A DNA stretch of 64,000 bases from Octopus sinensis. Lineage: Eukaryota. Position 1 is the first letter of the stretch. Each line of letters begins with the position of its first letter. A program made the position numbers and the translations under genes. The notes under the pieces are model-generated. The model was given only the letters and a program-made list of their open reading frames with translations, had not been told where the DNA came from and searched no databases. Below, in pieces: positions 22,858 to 36,619 of the stretch. The stretch is from assembly GCF_006345805.1 (NCBI RefSeq), contig NC_043000.1:76384001-76448000 (forward strand), in the 5' to 3' direction.

Positions 22858-25814
22858 GGGCAAATCGAAGTGAAGTTGATACCCCCGTCAACGATGCTAT
22901 CTCTGATGCCCTTTATTCTGCTTGTTCCCCAACTCCCGCCCCTCAGACTTCACAGCTCAGCATCGTCTACACCAACTCGTGCTCCTTATTCCCAAAGTTC
23001 AGTGAACTATTTACACTGGCCCTACGCGACTCCCCTGATGTGATAGCTATCACCGAGACTTGGCTGACTCCAGCAGTAAAGGACTCAGAGATCCACCTGC
23101 AGATGTGACAGAGGAAAAAGGCGAGGTGGAGGTGTTGCTGTGTATGTTAAGTCTGAGCACAAACCGTCCTGCGGTATTCTACCCACAAATGCTCAACCTA
23201 CAACCAAATTCGATGCCGTCTATTGCAAGGTGAGCCTATCTGAGTTTTGCCTGCCCGTGTTGGCTGTCTACAGGCCGCCTCTAGCCGACCCCCAGGACGA
23301 TGCTCATCTACTCGAAGCGATAAGATTCGTTTCAGCTTCGCATGACTGCTGTTGGTACTAGGCGACTTCAACGCTCCCACGATCGATTGGCCCGCATCAA
23401 TTTGTACAACATCTTCTTCGGTTCGGCCAGGCCCTTCTTGACGTGGCTGAAGATTGTTTTCTCTCGCAACATGTTGAATATCCGACAAGGCATCGGTCTG
23501 GGCAGCAGCCATCTATGCTAGATCTGGTATTCTCCCGCTATCCAAGATCAGTGTCAGACGTATCTGTGTGCGCCCCTCTTGCCAAGAGTGATCATGCGGT
23601 CCTGAAGTTCGTCATGCACACAACTTTTTCCACGCCCACGATTACTTCGCTGCCACGTAGAGTCTTCTCTGCAATTAATCTTGAAATTCTAACCGAGGCT
23701 TCCGCGCTTCTGGACTGGCGTTCCCTGATGACGTTGTCCTCAGTTGACGAACTATGGTCATCCCTCAAAGCATATGTAATCTGTTTGACTGACCAGGCAG
23801 TTCCCGTTGGACTTCCCAAGAGGAAGAAACACAAGCCCTGGGTGACGAAGAAGGTTAAACGAGAACGTCGACTCAGAGATATTGCTTGGGCTGAATTCAA
23901 AAATCTGGATTCGACTGCAGCTTTTGAGGTGTACAAAACTCAACGAGACCGAGCCGTGAAAATTGAAAAGAAAGAACGCTTCAGTTATGAATACAAAATC
24001 GCGGCAAATGCCAGTAGCAATCCAAAAACCTTCTTTGCCCATGTCCAGCGGAATTCCCGCTTGAACAACCAGATTGCAACGTTGGTAGACTCAACAGGCG
24101 TATCGATTGAGGACCCTTATCAACAGAGTCAATTATTTGCCGAGGCTTTTTCAACTATTTTCAAACAAGATGATGGTCGTGGACCCCCTCCATTTGATAG
24201 ATCGGTACCTCCAATGCTTCGATTGATCATCACGCGGGACCAAGTCAAACGTGTTATTCAAGGCCTCGATGTCAACAAGGGTCACGGCCCTGACGGCATA
24301 CACCCACGGGTTATCAAAGCGTTGGCTCCGGTCATCTGCGAGCCTTTAACACGACTATTCAATATGTCATTGGCGACGGGTGTTATACCTGCAGACTGGA
24401 GAACAGCGATAATCTGCCCAATTTTCAAGAAAGGGAGCCGCGAAGACCCGCTTAACTACCGACCGGTTTCCCTTACATCAATAATCAGCAAGATGTTCGA
24501 AACCATCCTTAAGAAAAGTATGATGCTCCACCTCCTAAACACAGCCTCGATCACTGATTCCCAACACGGCTTCGTGCCGAAGAGATCATGCTTGACCAAC
24601 TTACTAGTAATGGAAGAATTGGTGACGCGCATCCTCGATGATAGTGATGCTGTTGACATCGTTTTTGGACTTTGCCAAAGCTTTTGACTCGGTAAACCAC
24701 CGCCTACTACTTGTCAAGCTTCAAGCATATAGTTTCCATCCGGATATTGTACGATGGGTTGGTGCCTTCCTCTCAGATCGCTCCTTCCAAGTTCAAGTTA
24801 ATGGTTCGCGGTCCGACGTCTCCAGTGCGAGCAGTGGCGTGCCTCAAGGTTCAGTGCTTGGGCCCTTGTTGTTCTTAGTCTTCATAAATGACTTGCCCGA
24901 CGACCTCACGCAACACACCCTTCTATTTGCCGACGATATCAAACTGGTCGCTCCTCGCGGTAGTATAGAGGATCTTCGTCGATGCCTCCACCAAATTCGG
25001 AAGTGGTCTAACGATTGGGACCTGTGTCTGAACGTGTCAAAGTGCTGTCATCTGCCTGTCGGCTCTACTCCTGCAACTCAACTTGATTTCGAGCCGGGTC
25101 GTCTGCTGCTGGAGAGGACCGATCAGGTAAAGGACCTGGGTATCTTGGTGGATTCCTCCTTTTCGCCTTCGGCCCAGTGCGTCCATGCTGCCAACAAAGC
25201 GCGCGGAATTCTGTTTTTGATTCGACGGTCATTCGGAATGCTCACAGCAGCCATATTCCTGCCACTCTATGTCACGCTGGTGAGACCCATTGGGAGTATG
25301 GGATTCAAGCCTCTTCTCCTTATCTCCTCAAAGACATACAGCACCTCGAAAGAGTCCAGAGGCTGGCTACCCGCATGGTTCATGGTCTCAAAAATTTGTC
25401 CTACGAAGAAAGGCTGAGGACGCTCGACCTTTATTCTCTTGAAAAACGCCGCCGCCGTGGTGATCTCATTCTCGCCCACAACATCATAAGCGGGAAGTGT
25501 AACCTCTCGAAAGAGCTGTTCTTCACTCCTGCTCCGGAGCGTCGGCGCGGGTCATTCCGAAAAGCTCTACCTGCGACGATTTCATCTCAATCGAAGGAGA
25601 GGAGCTTCTCCGTCCGGTTTGCGGATCCGTGGAACAAGCTGCCAGACGAGATGGTGAAGATGCCGACGACCGCTTTGTTCAAAGCCTCCCTGGACCTCAA
25701 GTGGCCTGAACTCTTTACATGAACACCACCCTGTACTTAACTCCATGTCCCCCTACATGGCCTTGCTATTTGCTTTTGAGCCAAATTAACTAACTAACTA
25801 ACTAACTAACATTC

Positions 25815-26609
25815 CAAAATTTTGCCACTTTTCATTACCAATTTTTTTTTTTGAAATATATTCAAAATAAAACTTAAAAAGCGAGAAGAAAAAGAAATCA
25901 AAAGAAAGTCACAATAAACAAAAAGGAGAAAATCAAATAAAGTTCAAAAGAAAGTCAATAACACAACAAAAATCTTCTGGCCATTCGGTACTCGCGCCCT
26001 AAATTGAACCCGGAACGCCGCAACTGGAACACAACTTCCACAAAAATTGGTAAAAATTGTTCAAACTTCGGAGGCAAAACACTCCCCTATATAGCAGTTC
26101 TCACAATTCTTAAAGTTCTTCAAGGCACAATACAGTTCTCATAATTAGGTGAGAAAAATATTCACTCAATTTATCGAAGACGAATATGCTCCCCCAAATT
26201 CTCACAATGGTAAAATAAATCCAACCGCAGCACAATTAGTCCTTTCTAACTTGGTACTCCGTGGTAAATCCAGTGGAAAACACAAAGACAATTTCAGAAG
26301 CAAACAAATTAATTTTTGCGGAGGTACTACGCCTCCTTAAAAACACAATTCTCACAGCAAAGTGAGTCTTTACGCTCGACCACAGACAGGAAAATGTCTG
26401 GAGCAGAGTGGAGTCTATTACTCACCCAAAAATATTACATACAGAGCAACAAACTCCACTAAGCCCTCAAAAAAATACAACAAACGCCTACCTGTAGTCG
26501 AGCCTCAAAATTCAATATTTCACGACGAAAGACGTGACATCAAGCAGCAAGAACTCTCTGCCAAAAAAAAAAAAAACACGTCCGACTTCGACGAAGGTTA
26601 GCAAGTTAC
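25815..26609 (-). other. Probable 5' UTR of a Tx1-type element, directly downstream of copy B
   Basis: T-rich non-coding minus strand containing TTTTGAACTTTA.TTGA, as in the leader of copy B; starts with GTAACTTGCTAACC. Confidence 0.4.
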
Positions 26610-28080
26610 TTTATTTCATATAATTTGCCACAGGGGCCTTACACAGACGTAGCTTTGCGGGCTGGACATAGACATTAAAGGTATGAATGATGGTGGTGGA
26701 ACAATGATGATAATGGGAGAAGACGAAAAGCGCCCGCCGACTTCCGCTTCTCTAAAACAATGTTCTTTTTCAAAAATTCACAAATGAGGCAATAAACCTC
26801 TTACTCAATATAATACAATGTTCTATTTTTTTCTTTTAAAACACACAAAAAGTTCAGGTTACCTGGCCGACCAGCGCTCTTGCTTCATCGAAGTACTCAC
26901 TCGGGTCCAGGCCAGACCACACAGGTACAAATCCATAGGTGTCCTCCGGGAAGGAATTCACGATCCTGCACAGATCACTTTCATATAGGACCTCCGCAGC
27001 TACCTGCGAAGGCCACTCAGGGTATTCCGTGCAGGACTGAAGTCCCTCCCATTGGCTTCTCCTTTTCATTTTCCTTATTTCATTCTCAGTGGAAGAGGAC
27101 CACATATCTGACCTCCGGCGGCACATCCGCCTGAGGAGGCTCGGGAGACGCCGTCCGCGTGTCACAATCCGCCGGCGGCGTCCCGTTTCTCTTTTTTCTT
27201 TTTTTCTTTTTTCCCTGGGCCGCGGGAGGTTGAGGTTCCTGTGGTGCACACAACGGGTCCTCTTTTTCTCCCGCAGCTCTCGGGTCTTTCGGTGGGTCAC
27301 CAATGTTGTCCACCTTTCTTTTACGTTTTGATGATGTAACAACCTCCTCGTCACTCTTCTGCTTCTCTCCCTCCATTGGGGGTGCAGGGAGAGATTCCAC
27401 CATTAACTGCTCCAGGATCCTACTTTGGTCCCTGGGGCAATTCTTCTTAATGTGGCCGGTCTCCAGGCACAGGTGACACTTGGGAAGGGGGCGTCCCTCA
27501 AGCATCACCGGATACCTGGACCCGGCCATCCTCAAGAAATCTGGAAAAACCAGACTTTCGGCTGATTGGGTCCATAGGGTCAAAACAGCTTTCGACCCCT
27601 CCCAATCAGCCGCAGGCAACACTTTTACATTCAGCAGCTTGGGACTGCTACCATCCAGACCCCGGCGGATAGATTCCTCTATCCACTCGGGCTCAACTCC
27701 GGGTAGTACCGCAGATCCAAGCTTTCAATAATTTTTTCCCCATATAATTTGGGAGAAACAATATTTCTTTGCCCTCAAGGAGCTGGCTTGCAAAGTCGCA
27801 AGCTTCTTTTGAGGAGTCAAATAGCAACCAGACCGTTGCGTATTTCACTCCCCGTGAGATAAATTTAATGGCTGGCATGTAGTCTGCCAGCTCATTTAAA
27901 ATTGTGGCCTTCGGGAAGACGGCTATGATGTCGAGCGACTTTGAATAAGTCCTCAACACCACGGACTTCCTTTCCAGCTCTTAAATATTTTTTGGGAGGT
28001 GTCAAGTCCCACACGAGAAATTCCTTTGCCATTTCAACACAAAGTTCAATTAAAGTTCAAAATGTAAGAAAATAAAATAA
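26610..28080 (-). mobile_element. ORF1-only Tx1/L1-derived element, copy B
   Basis: ORF1 from ATG at 28032 (MAKEFLVWDLTPPKK), frameshifted pieces 27693-27962, 27086-27622, 26854-27354; CCHC PKCHLCLETGHIKKNC; 3' region clearly similar to copy A, ending ATGAAATAAA; no ORF2. Confidence 0.8.
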
Positions 28081-28104
28081 GACATATATATATATGTATA
28101 TGTG

Positions 28105-28135
<31 letters not shown>

Positions 28136-28159
28136 ATATATATATATATATATTATATA

Positions 28160-29979
28160 CTAGCTGAAGGTGACCGGCTCTACGCGCGGGTAAGAGTGTG
28201 GTTGTTACTTTGTGCTGCTTCCTTTCAGCTCGTAAAAAGCACCATACGAAATAAAATATTTAGAAAGATCAATCAGAAATATCAGGCAGTGGCAACGGAA
28301 AGGTCTGCTTCAAGGCAGACAGCAAAACGCTAACATTTAAAAGGGACAGACGAACTTGCGAGCTGAATAAAAATAATAAAATATTGGAAACCAAAGTTTG
28401 AAGGGATAGAATATGAGGATAGTAGAGTCACCATGACTGGCATTTCTTAACGACGGACAGCAACGTATTGACAGTTTAACGGCTGGCGTAAAATTTTGAA
28501 CTTGATGTAAAAGAAAATTCGTAAACACCAAGTTTTGAAGTGATTCTTTCTCACGACAGTAGACTCACCATGGCAAGCATTCAAAACCTCTTCATCATGG
28601 ACGGCAACACATTGAAGATTAAAAGGTTGGTGCAAATTTTTTAGCTTGATGTAACAGAGAATTCCTAAACACTTGCCCCTTTAAATTTTAATCCCCTTCC
28701 AGCCCCATTTATACCCCTTTTCACCTTTTGGTTAATATAACCCGATTTCATTCGGGTCTACTGGGGCCACATTTTATAAGGTGTCCTAGAGGTCACGCCT
28801 TTCATTTGAGGAAAAAAATAGTTGTCATGCAAACTTGCCAGCACTTTTAACCCTTTCGTTACCAAACCGCCCAAAGCCGCCCGAAAAAAATTTTGGTTAA
28901 TGTGACCAAACCGCCCAAACCCGTCCGTATTTACCTATTCATATTTAAATGAGAATATCAGAGCAAATCTCTTTATTACATTCGTGAAAACACGTGATTA
29001 TACTTCGTAAACAGTTCATCTACAGTTTTGTACAACAATCGAAGTGTAATTTTAATTCCGTGAATTTTGGGAGATTTTTTTCCAAAATTTGTTCCTATTG
29101 TGTTTTCAAACTTTGTAATTCTGACAAAAAATGGATACGAATTTCATCATATCAAGCAGCGAGTCAGAATTCGAAGGATTTTCTACTGAAACCTTGATAA
29201 ATCTAACTCTATGACTGAAAAAAAAAGCACGTGGTATTAAATCTGATGTTTTATTTTCCGAAAGTAAAAACAGTGAATCCGAGAGCTCCGACAGCGATAA
29301 AGAAAATGAATTGGCACCTGAATGGAGTGAAAATTTAAAAACTGTTTCTTTCGGTGATTTTTCTGAAGAAACTGGACCAAGCCACAGACTTTCCCAGGAG
29401 AGTAAAGCCTTAGACTATTTCTTTTTACTTTTTCGAATGAGCCTATTTGAAATCATTACGGCGGAAACGAACCGTTACGCTAAATGTAAACAAAGCGAAA
29501 GAAAGGATAGTTAGTGGTTTCCCACAACCTTAAATGAAATTAAGACTATTTTGCCATAAATATTATTATGGGTATCAGAAAGTTACCCAGAATAACAAAT
29601 TCTATCGTAAAATTTTGTTGTATACCCAATTGAATATTAGCTAATAACCCATTTTCTATAGCGATGTTTGAACAAAATTTTTATAATTTTATATTTTGCT
29701 GAATTTACCTGTATCTACCTGCAATTAGAGTCACTTTGTGACAAAAATTATAGTATAGAATTGGTTGAGAACATTTCATTAAATTATCTTCCAAAAATCA
29801 GATTAATATATTGATAAATAAAAAAGTTATAGTTGTTTAATGAAACCAGACTAACTTTATGATTATGTTAGAAATTAATTGAAATAAGGTTTTGGTCAGA
29901 AATATAGTAACGAAAGGGTTCATAGGTGTGCATATTTTCAGCTGAACCGACCGACCACATAATGTATACATTATATATA

Positions 29980-30057
<78 letters not shown>

Positions 30058-30804
30058 ATGTGTCTGTGTGTGTGTGTGTGTGCACGCATTATATATACAA
30101 ATTATATATATATATGTATAAATTAAATTAGAGATAAAACCACTAATAGGCAAAAAAAAAACAAAAACATAAAAATAAAAATATAATATAGAAAATATAT
30201 TAAATTGAAAAATTTAAATTATTTAAATTTAAAATAAAAATTATTAAATTATATTTATAATTTATTTAAAAATATATATAACTATCAAAAAGTATTAAAA
30301 AGTTTAATATACATAAATACAGATATATACACTTTGTATATATACATTATATATACATATTTATATATCGAACACACACACACACACACACATATAAATG
30401 AACGCAATGAATATCTGATTCATAATATTTGTTCTCATGATTGTGTGTTGTTGGTAGCGATGATAATTCTCCCTATGAATGCAGACAGATACATCAAAGA
30501 AAGCCGTCTGACGAACTAATAAAGGGAAAGTGAAAGGGAGTTGAGGGGAATACATTAAATAACGGGAGTGGATCTCTCAAAGTTATAAATGAAGGGGAGT
30601 AAGAGAGGGAAAGGAGGAAATAGCGCGAGTGAGGAAGATGGCCCCGAGCAACCAGACCTTTCAAGATAGGGATTTCTAAGGTAGCCCACGCGCATCGTCA
30701 CCTCATTCTACATGTCCCTGTAAATTTTGGAGCGAATCGGACGGGATGTAGTGGCATTGAAAGCGATCCAAGCGGTAAAAACGTATTTCAGTTGTATATA
30801 TATA
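28160..30804 (-). mobile_element. Non-autonomous Helitron, array unit A (carries piggyBac insertion)
   Basis: Minus-strand 3' end: GC-rich hairpin then CAG-CTAG followed by T; body homologous to units B and C. Confidence 0.8.
28851..29918 (+). mobile_element. Internally deleted piggyBac element at a TTAA site
   Basis: TTAA-CCCTTTCGTTAC ... GTAACGAAAGGG-TT; transposase N-terminal relic ALDYFFLLF..FEIITAETNRYA; empty site GCACCT-TTAA-CATAGG in units B and C. Confidence 0.9.
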
Positions 30805-30877
30805 CTAGCTGAAGGTGACCGGCTCTACGCGCGGGTAAGAGTGTGGGTGTTACTTTCTGTTGCTTCCTTTCAGCACG

Positions 30878-31176
30878 TAAAAAGCACCATATGAACGTGG
30901 CCGATTGCAGCACCGCCTTGACTTGCTTCTGTGCCGGTGGCACGTAAAAAGAACCAACCGATCGTTGCCACTGCGAGCCCCCCTGGCACCAGTGCGGGCG
31001 GCACGAAAAAAGCACTCACTACACTCACAGAGTGGTTGGCGTTAGGAAGGTCATCCACCTGTAGAAACACTGCCAGATCAGACTGGAGCCTGGTGCAGCC
31101 TCCTGGCTTCCGAGACCCCGGTCACACTGCCCAACCCGTGCTAGCACGGAAAACGGACGTTATACGATGATGATGA
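30878..31176 (+). mobile_element. SINE/RTE-type 3' fragment with (GAT)n tail inside unit B; same at ~33915-34220 in unit C
   Basis: GCACGTAAAAAGCACCAT...CCCAACCCGTGCTAGCACGGAAAACGGACGTTA.ACGATGATGATG. Confidence 0.75.
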
Positions 31177-32176
31177 TGATGATTCTCCGTATTTGTTTCT
31201 CTCTCCTTTCTCTCTCACATTCCCACCCTCTTACTTTTCTTTTCTCTCGGACTCTCCCTAGCTTTCTCTTACTCTCTATCTTTATCTATCTCTCTCCCAT
31301 TTATAAACAACAGAAGATCTTGAGTAAGTTGAGAAATAAAATATTTAGAAAGATCAATCAGAAATATGAGGCAATGGCAACGGAAAGGTCTGCTTCAAGG
31401 CAGACAGCAAAACGCTAACATTTAAAAGGGACAGACGAACTTGCGAGCTGAATAAAAATAATAAAATATTGGAAACCAAAGTTTGAAGGGATAGAATCTG
31501 AGGATAGTAGAGTCACCATGGCTGGCATTTGTTAACGACGGACAGCAACGTAGTGGCAGTTTAACGGCTGGCGTAAAATTTTGAACTTGATGTAAAGGAA
31601 AATTCGTAAACACCAAGTTTTGAAGTGATTCTTTCTCACGACAGTAGACTCACCATGGCAAGCATTCAAAACTTCTTTATCATGGACAGCAACACATTGA
31701 CGATTAAAAGGCTGGCGCAAATTTTTTAGCTTGATGTAACAGAGAATTCCTGAACACCCGCTCCTTGAAATTTTAATCCCCTTCCAGCCCCATTTAGACC
31801 CTTTTCACATTTTGGTTAATATAACTCGATTTCATTCGGGTCTACTGGGGCCACATTTTATAAGATGAGGAATTTTGTCCTAGAGGTGACGCCTTTCATT
31901 TGAGGAACAAAATAGTTGTGATGCAAACTTGTCAGCACCTTTAACATAGGTGTGCATATTTTCAGCTGAATCGACCGACTACGTAATGCACACATTATAT
32001 ATATATGTGTATATATATATGTGTGTGTGTGTGCACGCATTATATATACAAATGTATACAAATGAGATATATATCTGTATAAATTAAATTAGAGATAAAA
32101 CCACTAATAGGCAAATCAAACAGTGAAAAACCAAAAACAAAAACATAAAAAAAGAAAATATAACATAGAAAATATA

Positions 32177-33064
32177 TCTATATATATAAAACTGTAGTTG
32201 TGTGAGTGTCTGTCCCCTTCGATTTAGATTCCTAATTACTCCCACATTTTGCGGTGCAGTTTAACCAAATATCGAGCCCGTCTGGGTATTAGCGCGCATC
32301 TACGATGAGTCTACGATTTTAAAAATAATTTAACATCATTTTTTATTCCATTTTAATGCATATTTTTTCGTGTGTCGATGGCGGCGGAGTTGGCGTCCAC
32401 GCTCACGCCTGCACCTGTGTTGCTTCTCCCCCTTCTTCCCTCCCTCGTGAAGCTGTGGGGAAGGGAGTGTAAGGAAATCAACGTCGTAATGCGTTGTGAA
32501 GGAGACCAACGTTCTTTTAGAACAACAACTTCATGGCTTGAAGTCGCCAAAACAGAAATCGCTAAAAAAGCTGAAACAGATCAACAAAAACGGCAAAAAC
32601 CGCCACACAGGGCATGTTTCCTGTGCAAACAATTTGCACAACCGAATGTTTTAGTTGTTGCACAAATCTTTATATATAAAAGTGAAGTTGTGTGTCTGTC
32701 TCCTACGATTTAGATTCCTAACTACTCCCACATTTTGCGGTGCAGTGTAACCAAAACCGGGTATCTTATTGTCGTGATTCATATCGAGCCCTTCTGGGTA
32801 TTAGCGCGCGTCTACGATGAGTCTACGATTTAAAAAAAGATTTACCATCATTTTTTATTCCATTTTAATGCATTTTTCGCTATTATATAAGGGAAGTAAC
32901 TCTCTAAAAATGTCTACGATGAGTCAACGATAAAAAAAAAATTACTATCATTTTTTATTTCATTTTTAATGCAATTTTTGCTATTTTTTTTGCTATAACT
33001 CACTAAAAATGCTTATATAGTTATTTCCCTTACAAACCCGAGCAACGCCGGGCGATACTGATAG
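32177..33064 (+). mobile_element. Nested non-autonomous Helitron in unit B
   Basis: A|TCTATATATATAAAACTG ... CCCGAGCAACGCCGGG-CGATACTG-ATAG|T (terminal CTAG appears as ATAG); absent from unit A. Confidence 0.85.
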
Positions 33065-33403
33065 TAAAATATAAAATTGAAAACTTTAAATTATTTAAAT
33101 TGAAAATAAAAATTATTAAATTATATTTATAATTTGTTTAAAAATATATATAACTATGAAAAAGTATGAAAAAGTTTAATATACATAAATACAGATATAT
33201 ACACTTTGTATATATACATATTTATATATAGAACACACACACACACACATACATTATATATACATATTTATATATAGAACACACACACACACACATACAT
33301 TATATATACATATTTATATATAGAACACACACACATACATTATATATACATATTTATATATAGAACACACACACACATACATTATATATACATATATATA
33401 TAG

Positions 33404-33441
<38 letters not shown>

Positions 33442-33845
33442 AATGAACGCAAGAATATCTGATTCATAATATTTGTTCTCATGCTCGTGTGTTGATTGTT
33501 GGTGACAGACATATACTTCAAAGAACGCCGCCGAAGTGATAGGAAGGTAGGAAACAGAGTCAGTGAAAAAGAAAGGAAATAGCGATAGTGACAGATACTT
33601 TAAATAACCGTAGTGGACTTCTGAAAGTTATGAAGGGGAGTAAGAGAGGGAAAGAAGGAAATAGGGTGAGTGAGGAAGATGGCCCCTAGCAACCACAGCT
33701 TTTAAGATAGGGATTTCTAAGGTAGCCCACGCGCATCGTCACCTCATTCTACATGTCCGTGTAAATTTTGGAGCGAATCGGACGGGATGTAGTGGCATTG
33801 AAAGCGAACCAAGCGGTAAAAAGGCATTTCAGTTTTATATATAGA

Positions 33846-35047
33846 CTAGCTGAAGGTGACCCGTTCTACGCGCGGGTAAGAGTGTGGGTGTTACTTTCTG
33901 TTGCTTCCTTTCAGCACGTAAAAAGCACCATCCGAACGTGGCCGATTGCAGCACCGCCTTGACTTGCTTCTGTGCTGGTGGCACGTAAAAAGAACCAACC
34001 GATCGTTGCCACTGCGAGCCCCCCTGGCACCAGTGCCGTCGGCACGAAAAAAGCACTCACTACACTCACAGTGTGGTTGGCGTTAGGAAGGTCATCCACC
34101 TGTAGAAACACTGCCAGATCAGACTGGAGCCTGGTGCAGCCTCCTGGCTTCCGAGACCCGGTCACACTGCCCAACCCGTGCTAGCACGGAAAACGGACGT
34201 TAAACGATGATGATGATGATGATTCTCCGTATTTGTTTCTCTCTCCTTTCTCTCTCACTTTCCCACTCTCTTACTTTTCTTTTCTCTCTGACTCTCCCTC
34301 GCTTTCTCTTACTCTCTATCTTTATGTATCTCTCTCCCATTTATAAACAACAGAAGATCTTGAGTAAGTTGAGAAATAAAATATTTAGAAAGATCAATCA
34401 GAAATATGAGGCAGTGGCAATGGAAAGGTCTGCTTCAAGGCAGACAGCAAAACGCTAACATTCAAAAGGGACAGACGAACTTGCGAGCTGAATAAAAATA
34501 ATAAAATATTGGAAACCAAAGTTTGAAGGGATAGAATCTGAGGATAGTAGAGTCACCATGGCTGGCATTTGTTAACGACGGACAGCAACGTAGTGGCAGT
34601 TTAACGGCTGGCGTAAAATTTTGAACTGGATGTAAAAGAAAATTCGTAAACACCAATTTTTGAAGTGATTCTTTCTCACGACAGTAGACTCACCATGGCA
34701 AGCATTCAAAACTTCTTTATCATGGACGGCAACACATTGACGATTAAAAGGCTGGCGCAAATTTTTTAGCTTGATGCAACAGAGAATTCCTGAACACCCG
34801 CTCTTTGAAATTTTAATCCCCTTCCAGCCCCATTTAGACCCCTTTTCACATTTTGGTTAATATAACCCGATTTCATTCGGGTGTACTGGGGCCACATTTT
34901 ATAAGATGAGGAATTTTGTCCTAGAGGTGACGCCTTTCATTTGAGGAACAAAATAGTTGTGATGCAAACTTGTCAGCACCTTTAACATAGGTGTGCATAT
35001 TTTCAGGTGAATCGACCGACTACGTAATGCACACATATATATATGTT

Positions 35048-35081
<34 letters not shown>

Positions 35082-36586
35082 CACACGCATTATATATACA
35101 AATGTATACAAATGAGATATATATCTGTATAAATTAAATTAGAGATAAAACCACTAATAGGCAAATCAAACAGTGAAAAACCAAAAACAAAAACATAAAA
35201 AAAGAAAATATAACATAGAAAATATATCTATATATATAAAACTGTAGTTGTGTGAGTGTCTGTCCCCTTCGATTTAGATTCCTAACTACTCCCAAATTTT
35301 GCGGTGCAGTTTAACCAAATTCGGGTATCTTATAGTCGTGATTCATATCGAGCCCGTCTGGGTATTAGCGCGCATCTACGATGAGTGTACGATTTTAAAA
35401 ATAATTTAACATCATTTTTTATTCCATTTTAATGCATATTTTTTCGTGTGTCGATGGCGGCGGAGTTGGCGTCCACGCTCACGCCTGCACCTGTGTTGCT
35501 TCTCCCCCTTCTTCCCTCCCTCGTGAAGCTGTGGGGAAGGGAGTGTAAGGAAATCAACGTCGTAATGCGTTGTGAAGGAGACCAGCGTTCTTTTAGAACA
35601 ACGACTTCATGGCTTGAAGTCGCCAAAACAGAAATCGCTAAAAAAGCTGAAACAGATCCACAAAAACGACAAAAACCGCCACACAGAGCAGGTTTCCTGT
35701 GCAAACAATTTGCACAACCGAATGTTTTAGTTGTTGCACAAATCTTTATATATAAAAGTAAGGTTGTGTGTCTGTCTCCTACGATTTAGATTCCTAACTA
35801 CTCCCACATTTTGCGGTGCAGTGTAACCAAAACCGGGTATTTTATAGTCGTGATTCATATCGAGCCCTTCTGGGTATTAGCGCGCGTCTACGATGAGTCT
35901 ACGATTTAAAAAAAAATTTACCATCATTTTTTATTCCATTTTAATGCATTTTTCGCTATTATATAAGGGAAGTAACTCTCTAAAAATGTCTACGATGAGT
36001 CAACGATTTAAAAAAAAATTACCATCATTTTTTTATTCCATTTTAATGCATTTTTCGCTATTATATAAGGGAAGTAACTCTCTAAAAATGTCTACGATGA
36101 GTCAACGATTTAAAAAAGAAATTACTATCATTTTTTATTCCATCTTTAATGCATTTTTTGCTATTTTTTTTGCTATAACTCACTAAAAATGCTTATATAG
36201 TTATTTCCCTTACAAACCCGAGCAACGCCGGGCGATACTGATAGTAAAATATAAAATTGAAAACTTTAAATTATTTAAATTGAAAATAAAAATTATTAAA
36301 TTATATTTATAATTTGTTTAAAAATATATATAACTATGAAAAAGTATGAAAAAGTTTAATATACATAAATACAGATATATACACTTTGTATATATACATA
36401 TTTATATATAGAACACACAGACACACACATACATTATATATACATATTTATATATAGAACACACACACACACACATACATTATATATACATATTTATATA
36501 TAGAACACACACACATACATTATATATACATATTTATATATAGAACACACACACACACATACATTATATATACATATATATATAGA

Positions 36587-36619
<33 letters not shown>

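Larger units (their letters stand above)
21180..25810 (+). mobile_element. CR1-group LINE (LINE-b), apparently full length; open ORF1, frameshifted ORF2, (TAAC)n tail
   Basis: ORF1 21397-22857; APE (DVIAITETWL, RGGGVAVYV, GDFN, MLDLVF); RT (YRPVSLTS, LDFAKAFDSVNH, GVPQGSVLGPLLF, FADDIK, VKDLGI, LERVQRLATRMV); tail (TAAC)n ~25787-25810; 5' boundary approximate. Confidence 0.93.
30805..33845 (-). mobile_element. Non-autonomous Helitron, array unit B (3041 bp)
   Basis: Minus-strand 5' end TCTATATATAAAACTG (plus strand ends ..GA at 33845); 3' CTAG at 30805-30808. Confidence 0.85.
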
